NCBI RefSeq assembly: GCF_000092465.1
Contig: NC_014205.1
Span: 870,001 to 902,000 of the forward strand
Reading direction: 5' to 3'
Origin: Staphylothermus hellenicus DSM 12710
GTDB lineage: Archaea > Thermoproteota > Thermoprotei_A > Sulfolobales > Desulfurococcaceae
Length of the DNA: 32,000 nucleotides
Part shown: positions 15,893-24,616 of the stretch, piece by piece
Layout: each line of letters begins with the position of its first letter
Numbering within the stretch: the stretch's first letter is position 1
Position numbers and translations under genes: made by a program
Notes under the pieces: model-generated
Told to the model about the DNA's origin: nothing
The model's input: the letters and a program-made list of their open reading frames with translations, nothing else
Database searches by the model: none

Positions 15893-16303
15893 ATGTTGAG
15901 AGGGGGTATAATGGGGAATGAGAGAATTCATTTTCTGAAAAGGAGAGCTTTGGCTTTCCTTGAATGTGCTGAGCATGATTATTCGAAGAAATACTATGAT
16001 CTAGTATTATTCCATGTAGAGCAATTTATACAATTATATCTTAAATACCTGCTTTATTTAAGGATAGGTGATTATCCTAAAACCAATTCGTTAACGAGGC
16101 TTATGAAAGATTTGATTAAAGTGTATGAGGATTGTGGATTAAAAGATTTCTATACGGATAATCTTGAAACCCTATACTTGCTTGAGGAAGCATATATTTC
16201 ATCAAGGTATATTCCGAGAGAATACGATGAAGAAATAGCTAGGAGAATACTGGATTTTGCAAAGAACATATTAGGTGTCTTTAAATGCCTAGAAAAACAC
16301 TAG
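15893..16303 (+). CDS. HEPN domain protein (HEPN/MNT pair 2)
   Basis: It carries KKYYDLVLFHVEQFIQLYLKYLL and LEEAYISSRYIPREY and is a paralog of 10010-10432. It is visibly AT-rich. Confidence 0.8.
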   Translation: MLRGGIMGNERIHFLKRRALAFLECAEHDYSKKYYDLVLFHVEQFIQLYLKYLLYLRIGDYPKTNSLTRLMKDLIKVYEDCGLKDFYTDNLETLYLLEEAYISSRYIPREYDEEIARRILDFAKNILGVFKCLEKH

Positions 16304-16638
16304 TTGATCTAGAAATTGAGAGAGCTGGGGAGTGGAGGAAATATTTTGAAAAAACATTTTTCTACTTGGAAAAAATAAAATCAATAATTAAAAAACATGA
16401 TCCAAATGCTAGAGTGTTATTGTTTGGTAGCTATGTGAGAGGAGAGCTGAGACCTGATAGTGATATAGATGTTCTCATAATAACGATTCTAGGCAGAGAT
16501 TCTAGTCAGAGAATGAAGCTTAGAGTTGAAATAGCTAGAGAAATAGGTGATGTTACACCTTTTGAAATACATATTGTTTCTCCTGAAGAGTATGAGGAGT
16601 GGTATAAGAAGTTTATAGATGAATATTTTGAAGTATAA
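16285..16638 (+). CDS. Minimal nucleotidyltransferase (MNT, HEPN partner)
   Basis: It has the signature VLLFGSYVRGELRPDSDIDVLII and overlaps the HEPN gene by 19 nt. Confidence 0.85.
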   Translation: MPRKTLVDLEIERAGEWRKYFEKTFFYLEKIKSIIKKHDPNARVLLFGSYVRGELRPDSDIDVLIITILGRDSSQRMKLRVEIAREIGDVTPFEIHIVSPEEYEEWYKKFIDEYFEV

Positions 16639-16743
16639 TGAAAAATATTTAAAATGCTGGATCATCCCAGCCTTGCTCAGTACTCAAGAACATAATATGA
16701 TGTGTTGGAAATATGTGTGCCCGAATATTTATGGGTGGCGGTT

Positions 16744-17910
16744 ATGGGAGGAATTATTCTGAGTAATGCGAGGATAATAACACCCTTCGATGAGATATAT
16801 TCTGGAACTGTGGAGGTGGAGAATGGGGTTATTAGGAAAGTCTATTATGGGAAGAGAAGCGGTGGCGAGAACCTTGAGGGAAAAATACTGGTTCCCGGGT
16901 TCATCGATATACATACCCATGGAATTCGCGGATACGATGTTACATTAAGTGCTCTAGAAGGTTCTGTGGATAGAGTTGTGGATGCATTGATGGCGATGAG
17001 TAGGGCTTACAGTGTTCATGGAGTAACAAGGTTTCTTCCAACCACTGTGACAGCTCCACATGAAGTCCTCCTCATAGCTGCTAAGGGTGTTGCTGAAACA
17101 ATAGATTCTCAAAGAGACGGGATCGAGGGAGCATTGATTGAAGGACTCCACATGGAGGGACCATATATTAGCAGGGAGAAGGCGGGGGCGCAGAATCCCA
17201 GATATATACGGTCTCCAAGCATTAATGAATTAAAGGAGTATTGGGAAGCATCAAGAGGAAAATTAAAAACTATAACACTCGCACCAGAGGTTAAGGGAGC
17301 ATTAGAACTTATACAGTATGCTAGGAGTCTAGGAATACATGTTTCCATAGGCCACACCAATGCTACATATGAAGAAGCTAAAGCCGCCATATATGCTGGG
17401 GCGAATAGGGCTACCCACCTCTATAATGGGATGAGACAGGTTCATCATCGAGAACCCGGTGTTGTAGTTGCTCTCCTAGAAAGCCCCCAAGTATACTTAG
17501 AGTTTATATGTGATTATATCCATGTCTCACCTATTATGATCAAGTATACTATAAGATGCGCTGGTATAGAGAGAATAGTAGCTGTTACTGATTCAATAAT
17601 TGCTACGGATCTCCCTGATGGAACATATAGTTTGGGGGGATTAGAAATAATTGTTAAGGATGGAGTTAGCAGGCTTAGAAACGGAGCTCTTGCCGGAAGC
17701 ACCCTCACAATGGATAAAGCATTGAAAAACCTGGTAAAACTAGGGATTCCATTAAAAGATGCGGTGAGAACATTAACATATAATCCAGCAATAGCTGTAG
17801 GCATATATAATGCTGGAGCAATAATGCCTGGATACACAGCGGACCTTGTAGTTTTAGATGAGAACTTAAAAGTTGAATCTGTATATGTTCGGGGAGAAAA
17901 TATATTGTAG
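16744..17910 (+). CDS. nagA: N-acetylglucosamine-6-phosphate deacetylase
   Basis: It matches E. coli NagA in several blocks:

- PGFIDIHTHG
- GLHMEGPYISREKAGAQNP (E. coli GLHLEGPWLN..KKGTHNP)
- SIGHTNATYEEAKAAIYAGANRATHLYNGM (E. coli [30 protein letters not shown])
- REPGVV
- GSTLTMD

I prefer the ATG at 16744 over the track GTG at 16702. Confidence 0.93.
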   Translation: MGGIILSNARIITPFDEIYSGTVEVENGVIRKVYYGKRSGGENLEGKILVPGFIDIHTHGIRGYDVTLSALEGSVDRVVDALMAMSRAYSVHGVTRFLPTTVTAPHEVLLIAAKGVAETIDSQRDGIEGALIEGLHMEGPYISREKAGAQNPRYIRSPSINELKEYWEASRGKLKTITLAPEVKGALELIQYARSLGIHVSIGHTNATYEEAKAAIYAGANRATHLYNGMRQVHHREPGVVVALLESPQVYLEFICDYIHVSPIMIKYTIRCAGIERIVAVTDSIIATDLPDGTYSLGGLEIIVKDGVSRLRNGALAGSTLTMDKALKNLVKLGIPLKDAVRTLTYNPAIAVGIYNAGAIMPGYTADLVVLDENLKVESVYVRGENIL

Positions 17911-17927
17911 AAATAAAACTGTGGATC

Positions 17928-19751
17928 TTATGTAGTTATTGCCTTGGCTAGTCCGGGCGGTGTATCTACTGGGTATCCCTGTTTTACTCCTAGATGATAT
18001 GCTATGAGTTGTAAGGGGATAATAGTGGTTATTGGCGATAATATTTTATGGGTGGGTTTAACCTTAACTACTTCGCCATAGCCTGTTTCATCGTGTGTGA
18101 TTGTTACTAGGAAACCGTTCTTTGATAATACATATTCAGCAACCCTATTATATAGAGGTAAAGCTTCTTCCTCAATAGGCTTTATTATAATTACTGGATA
18201 ATTATCTCTTATAAGAACCAGCGGTCCATGTCTTAGCTCACCTAACTGAACACCTTCTGCATGTATTATGGATGCTTCCTTAAATTTTAGAGAAGCCTCT
18301 AGTGCTACGGGATAATTTATTCCACTACTTGATACATACATGTTTCTCCACCCTAACAGTTTCTCAGCGATCTTTTCCGCAGTATTATCATAGACCTTTA
18401 GATCTTTTCTTAATGCTTTAGCTGTCCCACGTATTTTCTCCGTGATCCCTGCATATTCGTCTCGGCTAAGCTTACCAGTATATAATCCAGTATATCCAGC
18501 AAGTAAAGCTAGTGCGACAAGGCTTGACACAAAAGTTTTTGTTGCAGGAACAGCTAATTCAGGGCCAGCACCTATTGGTAAATAAACATTTGATTCGAGC
18601 GAGAGACGAGAACCAACAACGTTTGTGACTCCTATAATTACTGCTCCATACTGCTTAGCAAGCTTTACACTCTTAATAACATCGCTTGTTTCCCCACTCT
18701 GACTAATAGCTATAATGACCGTGCCGGTTGAAACATTTTTCAAAGCATAATAGGGGAATTCAGCCGCACTCACTACATTGACATTTATATTTGCTAGATC
18801 AGTGAAGTAATATGATGAAACCATTCCTGCATGAAGACTTGTACCATTACCAATAACATATACGTTTTTAGCACCATAGATTATCATTGCTGCTAATCGT
18901 AGATATTTCTCCATCAATGAATATGTTGTCCTGACCATAGAGTCTGGTATTTCATATATTTCCTTCAACATATAATGTGGATACCCTGCTTTTCCAACTA
19001 GTTCTACTTGGTATTTCACTCTCTTCCTAATCAATTTCTCAATACTTGTTGGCTCCATGTTTTCAGCATTAATAATCCTGATATTATCTATGCTTATCTC
19101 AGCAGCCATACCCTCCTCAAGTATTAATGCTTCATCAGCATAACCATATAGACTTGGAATATCGCTTGATAAATAAACACATTCATTACTATGAGTTAAC
19201 CCGACAACAAGGGGTTGACCATTATGAGCAACATAGAATGATTCCTTCCCAGCAATAATGGCTGCGATACCATACATGCCTCGGAGCTCACGCATATACC
19301 TAGCAGTAGCTTCCAAAGGATCTCTTCTCTCCCTAAACACAGCTTCCTCTAATAAATGAGCATAAACCTCTGTATCCGTTCTAGATGCGAAGCTGTGTCC
19401 TTTCCTAACCAGTTCTTCCTTGTAAGCCTCATAGTTTTCAATTAAACCATCCCCCACAACAGCGATCTTCCCGGTACAATCAGTTAGAGGATGAGTATTC
19501 TCAATGGTTGGCCATCCACGACTAGCATATCTTGTATGCCCCAGCACTATTCTCGATGAAATATTAAATAGGCCTTCATCAGCAATCTTTTCAAGATGCC
19601 CAGGCTTCTTCCTAACAACTATATTGCCCATATCATCAAGAAAAGCTACGCCGACACCATCATAGCCTCGGTAGAGGAGGCGTCTAAGCCCCTCAAACAC
19701 TACTCTCCCACGGATCTTCTCCCTACAAATAACACCAAATATTCCCCCCAC
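17928..19751 (-). CDS. GlmS-like glutamine--fructose-6-phosphate aminotransferase homolog with a degenerate glutaminase site and an intact isomerase (SIS) part
   Basis: It aligns without gaps to E. coli GlmS from the GTG at 19751, giving 608 aa against 609.

- **Isomerase residues kept:** SQSGETSD, KFKEASIIHAE, ELRHGPL and the C-terminal LAKAITT.
- **Glutaminase changes:** MCGI has become (M)GGI and VVHNGIIEN has become VVGDGLIEN.

The 26 upstream codons in the track ORF are probably not coding. Confidence 0.85.
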   Translation of the reverse strand: MGGIFGVICREKIRGRVVFEGLRRLLYRGYDGVGVAFLDDMGNIVVRKKPGHLEKIADEGLFNISSRIVLGHTRYASRGWPTIENTHPLTDCTGKIAVVGDGLIENYEAYKEELVRKGHSFASRTDTEVYAHLLEEAVFRERRDPLEATARYMRELRGMYGIAAIIAGKESFYVAHNGQPLVVGLTHSNECVYLSSDIPSLYGYADEALILEEGMAAEISIDNIRIINAENMEPTSIEKLIRKRVKYQVELVGKAGYPHYMLKEIYEIPDSMVRTTYSLMEKYLRLAAMIIYGAKNVYVIGNGTSLHAGMVSSYYFTDLANINVNVVSAAEFPYYALKNVSTGTVIIAISQSGETSDVIKSVKLAKQYGAVIIGVTNVVGSRLSLESNVYLPIGAGPELAVPATKTFVSSLVALALLAGYTGLYTGKLSRDEYAGITEKIRGTAKALRKDLKVYDNTAEKIAEKLLGWRNMYVSSSGINYPVALEASLKFKEASIIHAEGVQLGELRHGPLVLIRDNYPVIIIKPIEEEALPLYNRVAEYVLSKNGFLVTITHDETGYGEVVKVKPTHKILSPITTIIPLQLIAYHLGVKQGYPVDTPPGLAKAITT

Positions 19752-19777
19752 AGGACTACACCACCAATACATCAGTG

Positions 19778-19788
19778 AATAATAATTA
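19778..19788 (-). promoter_or_regulatory. TATA-like element (minus strand TAATTATTATT) upstream of the GlmS-like gene
   Basis: It is centred ~32 nt upstream of the GTG at 19751, which supports that start. Confidence 0.35.
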
Positions 19789-19851
19789 GTTAAACAAAAT
19801 ATATGCATGGCTATGCTTAGAATAACCATTGATCCACATGTATTTATTTAG

Positions 19852-19883
19852 AAAAAATATGATCTAGCATTTATTAATGCTAG
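19852..19883 (-). terminator. Hairpin plus T6 terminator-like element downstream of the GH130-like gene
   Basis: A perfect 8-bp stem, CTAGCATT-(4 nt)-AATGCTAG, spans 19864-19883. On the minus strand it is followed 6 nt later by TTTTTT (19857-19852). It begins 12 nt after the stop. Confidence 0.5.
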
Positions 19884-19895
19884 TCATAAGTGGTA

Positions 19896-20996
19896 CTAAT
19901 ATATGCGTCCCTTATCCAGCATGCTTAGAAGCTCATTTAGATCTATTTCTCCAAGGCCTATCATATAGTCTCCAGCCCCATAGCTTATTAGTATCTTGTC
20001 TCTGCTAAGCCTCCATAGCCCGCATGGGAATATAGTGTAGGGTCTGTCACCGAATATTTCGTATAGTAGTTTTGGCTCCATAATATATGTTGGTGTAACA
20101 GCTTTCACAATTATGCCTTCACTCCTCGAGTATTCTAGTTGTATTGCGAAGAGCCTATATGCTTCTAGCTCATAGTCTATACCGTGTAGTAGAGCAACTA
20201 TTTCATTTTCTTTAAGCTTTATTGGCGGTGTTGACCACCCTATTTTGCTTTCAAAATTGGCTTTATCAGCTACCCATATAGTATCCCGTAGCACTACTTC
20301 TCTAACTTGTTCAGAAACACTATATAGCTCTTCTAAGCCTACCCTACTAGCTAACAAGTAGAAACCATCATCATCCATGTGCGGCCTATGAAACAATAAT
20401 AGATCATTGTCTAGCTTTGCTAAGAAAGCATCCTTATTACTTACAACATGCTCTCTCAGCCCAGGAGGAAAAACATATACATGTATCTTTTTCCACTTAT
20501 AGTATCTTTCATGTTCAACAGCTGTAACAGGCAGAGTTCTCTCCCTACCGATACGTTGATTAAAATAATTCACTGTTCTACCAGTATATGTCATGTATAG
20601 TTTACCATCAATCTCGTAAACCCTAGGATCCTCCGTACCCCATAAATCATATTTTGTAGATGGATAAATCACTGGTTGACCAGCATAATAGTTTATGTTG
20701 ATATCTCCTGAACCCGAGTAAATATCTTCTAAAGGAACCCTGATCGCAACAATTGCTGAAACATACATGAAATAACCAACTATTATCCTAGCATATAATA
20801 TAATATCCTCCTCATCAACAGCTAGAGCAGAATTAAAAACAGCTATAGGATTACTAATAGGATAATTATTCAAATAGACACGATTAGGAGCAATAACACC
20901 CAGACGACGAACAATATCAGTTGTCTCATAACGCCTAATACTAGATGCTTCAGAGAAGCCAACAGCCCTCTTAAAACGACCAGCATACTTATACAT
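19896..20996 (-). CDS. GH130 / PH1107-related (former DUF377) glycosidase or glycoside phosphorylase-like beta-propeller
   Basis: 366 aa with WGTEDPRVYEIDGKLYMTYTG, LLFHRP, ALLHGID and ISYGAGD, which are typical of the family. Confidence 0.65.
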   Translation of the reverse strand: MYKYAGRFKRAVGFSEASSIRRYETTDIVRRLGVIAPNRVYLNNYPISNPIAVFNSALAVDEEDIILYARIIVGYFMYVSAIVAIRVPLEDIYSGSGDININYYAGQPVIYPSTKYDLWGTEDPRVYEIDGKLYMTYTGRTVNYFNQRIGRERTLPVTAVEHERYYKWKKIHVYVFPPGLREHVVSNKDAFLAKLDNDLLLFHRPHMDDDGFYLLASRVGLEELYSVSEQVREVVLRDTIWVADKANFESKIGWSTPPIKLKENEIVALLHGIDYELEAYRLFAIQLEYSRSEGIIVKAVTPTYIMEPKLLYEIFGDRPYTIFPCGLWRLSRDKILISYGAGDYMIGLGEIDLNELLSMLDKGRIY

Positions 20997-21079
20997 AACA
21001 CAAAACCCCTCAACAACTCCAATAAATCAAGAAATCAAATAAAATATTTAAGCTTGATTAACGATAACCATGAAAAAAT

Positions 21080-21239
21080 CAATCATGATCCATTGTTTTA
21101 ACCAATGTAGAGTGCATCGTATACTGTTACATGCTTCTCCAACGCTATTTTATAAGCTTCATTAATATATTCGTGCTCGCTCTCTAACACTATGACACCA
21201 TCCTAACCTTACAAGAAAGGAAGCATCAATAACGTTCAC
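21080..21239 (-). pseudogene. Frameshifted and internally deleted vapC (PIN) remnant
   Basis: A GTG at 21239 overlaps the end of vapB and gives (M)NVIDASFLVRLGWCHSVRERARIY*, a PIN N-terminus. After a 1-nt frame change at 21163, the sequence is NEAYKIALEKHVTVYDALYIG*, a PIN YDA block. Total coding potential is ~60 aa against ~130 for an intact PIN. Confidence 0.5.
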
Positions 21240-21456
21240 GGTCCTCCCTCATCAACTTATCAGCCAATCCTCTAGGTGTCTCTGGAAGTTGTTCCAGTAT
21301 TTGATCAACTTCTCTAAGAACCTTTATCCTCTTATATCTACGGACTCTCTCCTCCAAGAAGGCCCTTATCTCAGATGGCCAGTCAACAAGGTCTTTAAGC
21401 TTATCCATTTCCTCCTTCAACTTCTTAGGTATACGTATACTTAATACAACACTCAT
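21226..21456 (-). CDS. vapB: RHH-type VapB-like antitoxin
   Basis: 76 aa: MSVVLSIRIPKKLKEEMDKL...LMREDRERY. Confidence 0.75.
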   Translation of the reverse strand: MSVVLSIRIPKKLKEEMDKLKDLVDWPSEIRAFLEERVRRYKRIKVLREVDQILEQLPETPRGLADKLMREDRERY

Positions 21457-21513
21457 ATGTCAACACCACTAATATAAATTATGAAATACTACTCAAATAA
21501 TATATCAACTATA

Positions 21514-22197
21514 TTATTTTTTCTTAGCAACCACGTATATGTTGCAGGTTAGGTTTTTCTGTTTAATGTTTTGGTAAAAATATCCCTTCTCAACAATTTC
21601 CATCTCTATAAATCTTATCTCGTTGCATAGTTCTTCGACACTATATAGGTGATAATATCTACAGCCTACACTATCACATATCAATATGTCTTTCTCGGAC
21701 TCCAAGGTTTTGATCATGTATTTTTTCTTTAAAGCATCAATATCGGGGTTCCAAACAGTAATTATTAGGTATCCATTCCTTCTGAGCATTTGTTTTATGT
21801 TTTTTAACAATTCTATTCTGCATTCTTTGCCTGGGATGTGGTGGAGGACTGCTAGTAAATATATTGTGTCGAAATAGTTTTCTAAAAAAATGTATTCTAA
21901 TATGTCTCCGCAAATCTTTATGGTGAATATATTGGTGTTCTTAATACTTAGTAGTGGTTTCTCAGCTAAGTCCACGATTACTAGTTTTTCTATTATTTTC
22001 TTATCCAAATAGTATCTCGAAGTTGAAGCTATTCCTCCGCCTAGATCCAATACTGTTCCATGACTATATTTTTCGATGAATAATTGTTTCCACGGCTTAG
22101 CTCTATATCTTGATCCTTTTGTTCTAAACCATTCTATTGTTTTCTCCATTAGGTCTCCGTATTTTTCCCAGCAGTATTCCGATGTATTCTTAGTCAT
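21514..22197 (-). CDS. Class I SAM-dependent methyltransferase
   Basis: It carries motif I (VLDLGGGIASTS) and post-I (VIVDLAEK). It is very AT-rich: a 100-nt sample at 21514-21613 has 29 G+C by my count. Confidence 0.8.
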   Translation of the reverse strand: MTKNTSEYCWEKYGDLMEKTIEWFRTKGSRYRAKPWKQLFIEKYSHGTVLDLGGGIASTSRYYLDKKIIEKLVIVDLAEKPLLSIKNTNIFTIKICGDILEYIFLENYFDTIYLLAVLHHIPGKECRIELLKNIKQMLRRNGYLIITVWNPDIDALKKKYMIKTLESEKDILICDSVGCRYYHLYSVEELCNEIRFIEMEIVEKGYFYQNIKQKNLTCNIYVVAKKK

Positions 22198-22215
22198 TTC
22201 TGTTATCCATAAATG

Positions 22216-23181
22216 TTATGGTTTATGATTTACTATTACTCTGCCTTCTCTATCTATGTATCCTATAAGCATTCCTTTCGTATTATATCTCCACCCAATT
22301 CTTCCCATATAATCTACTGCGATGAAGCCCATGGTGTCTTTGCCTACAGTCTCATTAACAATTGTTATGACTTTGTCTAGTGCTTCTTCAAAATTCATTC
22401 CCTGATCCATGTATTCTGCGAGTTTTAAGCAAGGCATTGATCTTATGATCATTTCTCCGAAGCCTGTAGAGCTGCATGCAACTTTTTTGGATGAGTAGAA
22501 TCCCGCACCCGGTATTGGTGAATCACCTATTCTGCCTGGAAGCTTAAGTATTACTCCTCCAGTACTAACAGCTGCTGCTAATAATCCATTATCATCGACA
22601 GCGACGGCTCCCACAGTGTCAGAAGTATTAGCTAGTGATCCCACGAATTTCTTATAGTTTTCATTGGTTTCTATGAAAGCCAGTATTTTCCGCCAATAAT
22701 CTCTGCTAATTTCTCCGCCCAATAGTTTTTTGAGGTTCTCATAGTATCCTTCAACAGCATGTTTCGGTGGTGGTGGGAGGGGTGGTAGACCATATAGTCT
22801 GGCTAGAGTATCTGCTCCATCACCACCGATTATTATATGTGGCGTTTTCTCAGCAACAATTCTTGCTAATACTATTGGGTTCCGAGTAGCTTTAACAGCT
22901 GATACGGCTCCTATTAAACCGTTAGAAGTCATTATGCCGGCATCAAGTGTTCTATTACCCAATATATCGAGTACACTGCCTACACCAGCGTTTAAATATC
23001 CTGAATCCTCCATACATTTAACAGCTTCCACAACTGCTTCTAGTGCATTATTAGTATTATTCAGGATCTCCCATGCTCTCCTTGTACACTTCTCCATCAC
23101 AACATATGCTTTCTCCCTAATTTTTGAATCCTTCCAACTACCTGCTCCACCATGTAGGATTATGGATTTAGCCATAAGCAT
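22216..23181 (-). CDS. Asparaginase_2-family Ntn hydrolase (isoaspartyl peptidase / L-asparaginase / glycosylasparaginase type)
   Basis: It has IILHGGAG and the autoprocessing/nucleophile region NTSDTVGAVAVD, followed by GGVILKLPGRIGDSPIPGAGFY. Confidence 0.85.
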   Translation of the reverse strand: MLMAKSIILHGGAGSWKDSKIREKAYVVMEKCTRRAWEILNNTNNALEAVVEAVKCMEDSGYLNAGVGSVLDILGNRTLDAGIMTSNGLIGAVSAVKATRNPIVLARIVAEKTPHIIIGGDGADTLARLYGLPPLPPPPKHAVEGYYENLKKLLGGEISRDYWRKILAFIETNENYKKFVGSLANTSDTVGAVAVDDNGLLAAAVSTGGVILKLPGRIGDSPIPGAGFYSSKKVACSSTGFGEMIIRSMPCLKLAEYMDQGMNFEEALDKVITIVNETVGKDTMGFIAVDYMGRIGWRYNTKGMLIGYIDREGRVIVNHKP

Positions 23182-23259
23182 TCACCAAACACATTATTTT
23201 ATACATAGCAATATAGATTAACAAATATTGGAAAATATGAATAATTCGGTGCAGAGGCT

Positions 23260-24612
23260 TTGAACACATTGGAGATAGAGGATAAAACAAGTGTATCTAA
23301 TGGCTTAGAAAAACTTGTTAGAAGCTTTGAGTTCAGAAAAGAAACATTTATACCGCATATTTTCCCCGGGATAATGCTGATTATATCATTGCCTGCATAT
23401 GTATCGTTAATATATAGTATCATGTTCCACGGCGTCCAAGAAGCAGCCAGTAGCTGGTACACTAGTTTAGCAGCATTATATGTTGGATATATTCTTGCCT
23501 CAGCTATATCTATTTATAGATTATTGAAAATAACCCATACACACCTAGTTAATAGTGGTATAACATCTTATTATTGGCTGAAAAAACTCGATGACTATGA
23601 TTCAATAATTAAACTGTATAGATCAGGTGTTATGAGGAGAGATATTCCATCGCCTCTAACAGGATTAATTGCAACACTATTGTCTGGGGGTATAGCGTAT
23701 CCTATACTATTATATATGATAGATAAAACTATGAGGGATCACTACTATGGTGAGGAAGGAAAGTTTCTCGGAATACATATTACTAACAGGATCAATGTAG
23801 AGCATGGACTCGTATATGTAGCAGCAACCCTTCTCACAGCAGGGTTATTCCTAATTATATGGGACTACATCATTGTTAGAAACTATAATAGACACGTGAA
23901 AATAATTCATGGAAGCCATCCAGAACTACCATCAACCATTACAACAACGCTGACATATGTTGAACATGGAGGAGAAATACCAATATTAGCTGTATCACTA
24001 GCTTTTCTCGGTGCCGGCATATATGGTTTGCTGGGAATAATTGGTTTCATGAACCATTTAGTGGCCTCGATAGGGTACGGATTATTAATTGCTGGCATAG
24101 CTGCTTATTATAGGAGAAAAAGTTTTTCTTCGCAGGTGGGAAGAGTTTACGGCTTTATCTATTTATCATTTATATTGTTCTCAATAATAGGATATACTAG
24201 TGCACAAACATATTATAGCTTCTACGAGGAGACATCTAACCAACTAGGTGAGCTGAGAACAAATGATTTATTCAGCTTGACAAGGAATATTTTCATAAAC
24301 AATTTCGTAGTATCCTTTATTTCAACAATCCCGATCATAGGACCACTATATTTAGGGGTGGGTCTAGGCAATGCTGCGCTATACTATGGGGTTGCAGTAA
24401 ATATTGCTCTCTCTAAAGGTAATCCATCTATTCTATTATTGCCTTTAATGCCTCACTCAATACTTGAATTACTGGCTTATGCATTCTTTGCATCATTATC
24501 TATGAGGATCCTTTTTGAAAAAGAATCTAGGCTCACAATGTATTTTGTGATCAGCGCCTTGATCCTGTTTGCTGCTGCATTTATAGAAGCATTATCTATT
24601 GTGGCTATGTGA
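23260..24612 (+). CDS. Multi-pass membrane protein with a C-terminal SpoIIM/DUF95-like domain
   Basis: 450 aa with many hydrophobic segments. The C-terminal LLPLMPHSILELLAYAFFASLS resembles the SpoIIM PHGxxE motif. The start (TTG at 23260) is uncertain. Confidence 0.65.
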   Translation: MNTLEIEDKTSVSNGLEKLVRSFEFRKETFIPHIFPGIMLIISLPAYVSLIYSIMFHGVQEAASSWYTSLAALYVGYILASAISIYRLLKITHTHLVNSGITSYYWLKKLDDYDSIIKLYRSGVMRRDIPSPLTGLIATLLSGGIAYPILLYMIDKTMRDHYYGEEGKFLGIHITNRINVEHGLVYVAATLLTAGLFLIIWDYIIVRNYNRHVKIIHGSHPELPSTITTTLTYVEHGGEIPILAVSLAFLGAGIYGLLGIIGFMNHLVASIGYGLLIAGIAAYYRRKSFSSQVGRVYGFIYLSFILFSIIGYTSAQTYYSFYEETSNQLGELRTNDLFSLTRNIFINNFVVSFISTIPIIGPLYLGVGLGNAALYYGVAVNIALSKGNPSILLLPLMPHSILELLAYAFFASLSMRILFEKESRLTMYFVISALILFAAAFIEALSIVAM

Positions 24613-24616
24613 TAGA

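Noticed and set aside
19752-19829. A 26-codon 5' extension of the GlmS-like ORF (MVILSIAMHIFCLTNYYSLMYWWCSP)
   Set aside because: The alignment to GlmS starts exactly at the GTG at 19751, a TATA-like element lies inside the extension, and the extra residues look non-protein-like. The Cys within it is not in the C-G-[IV] context needed for an Ntn nucleophile.
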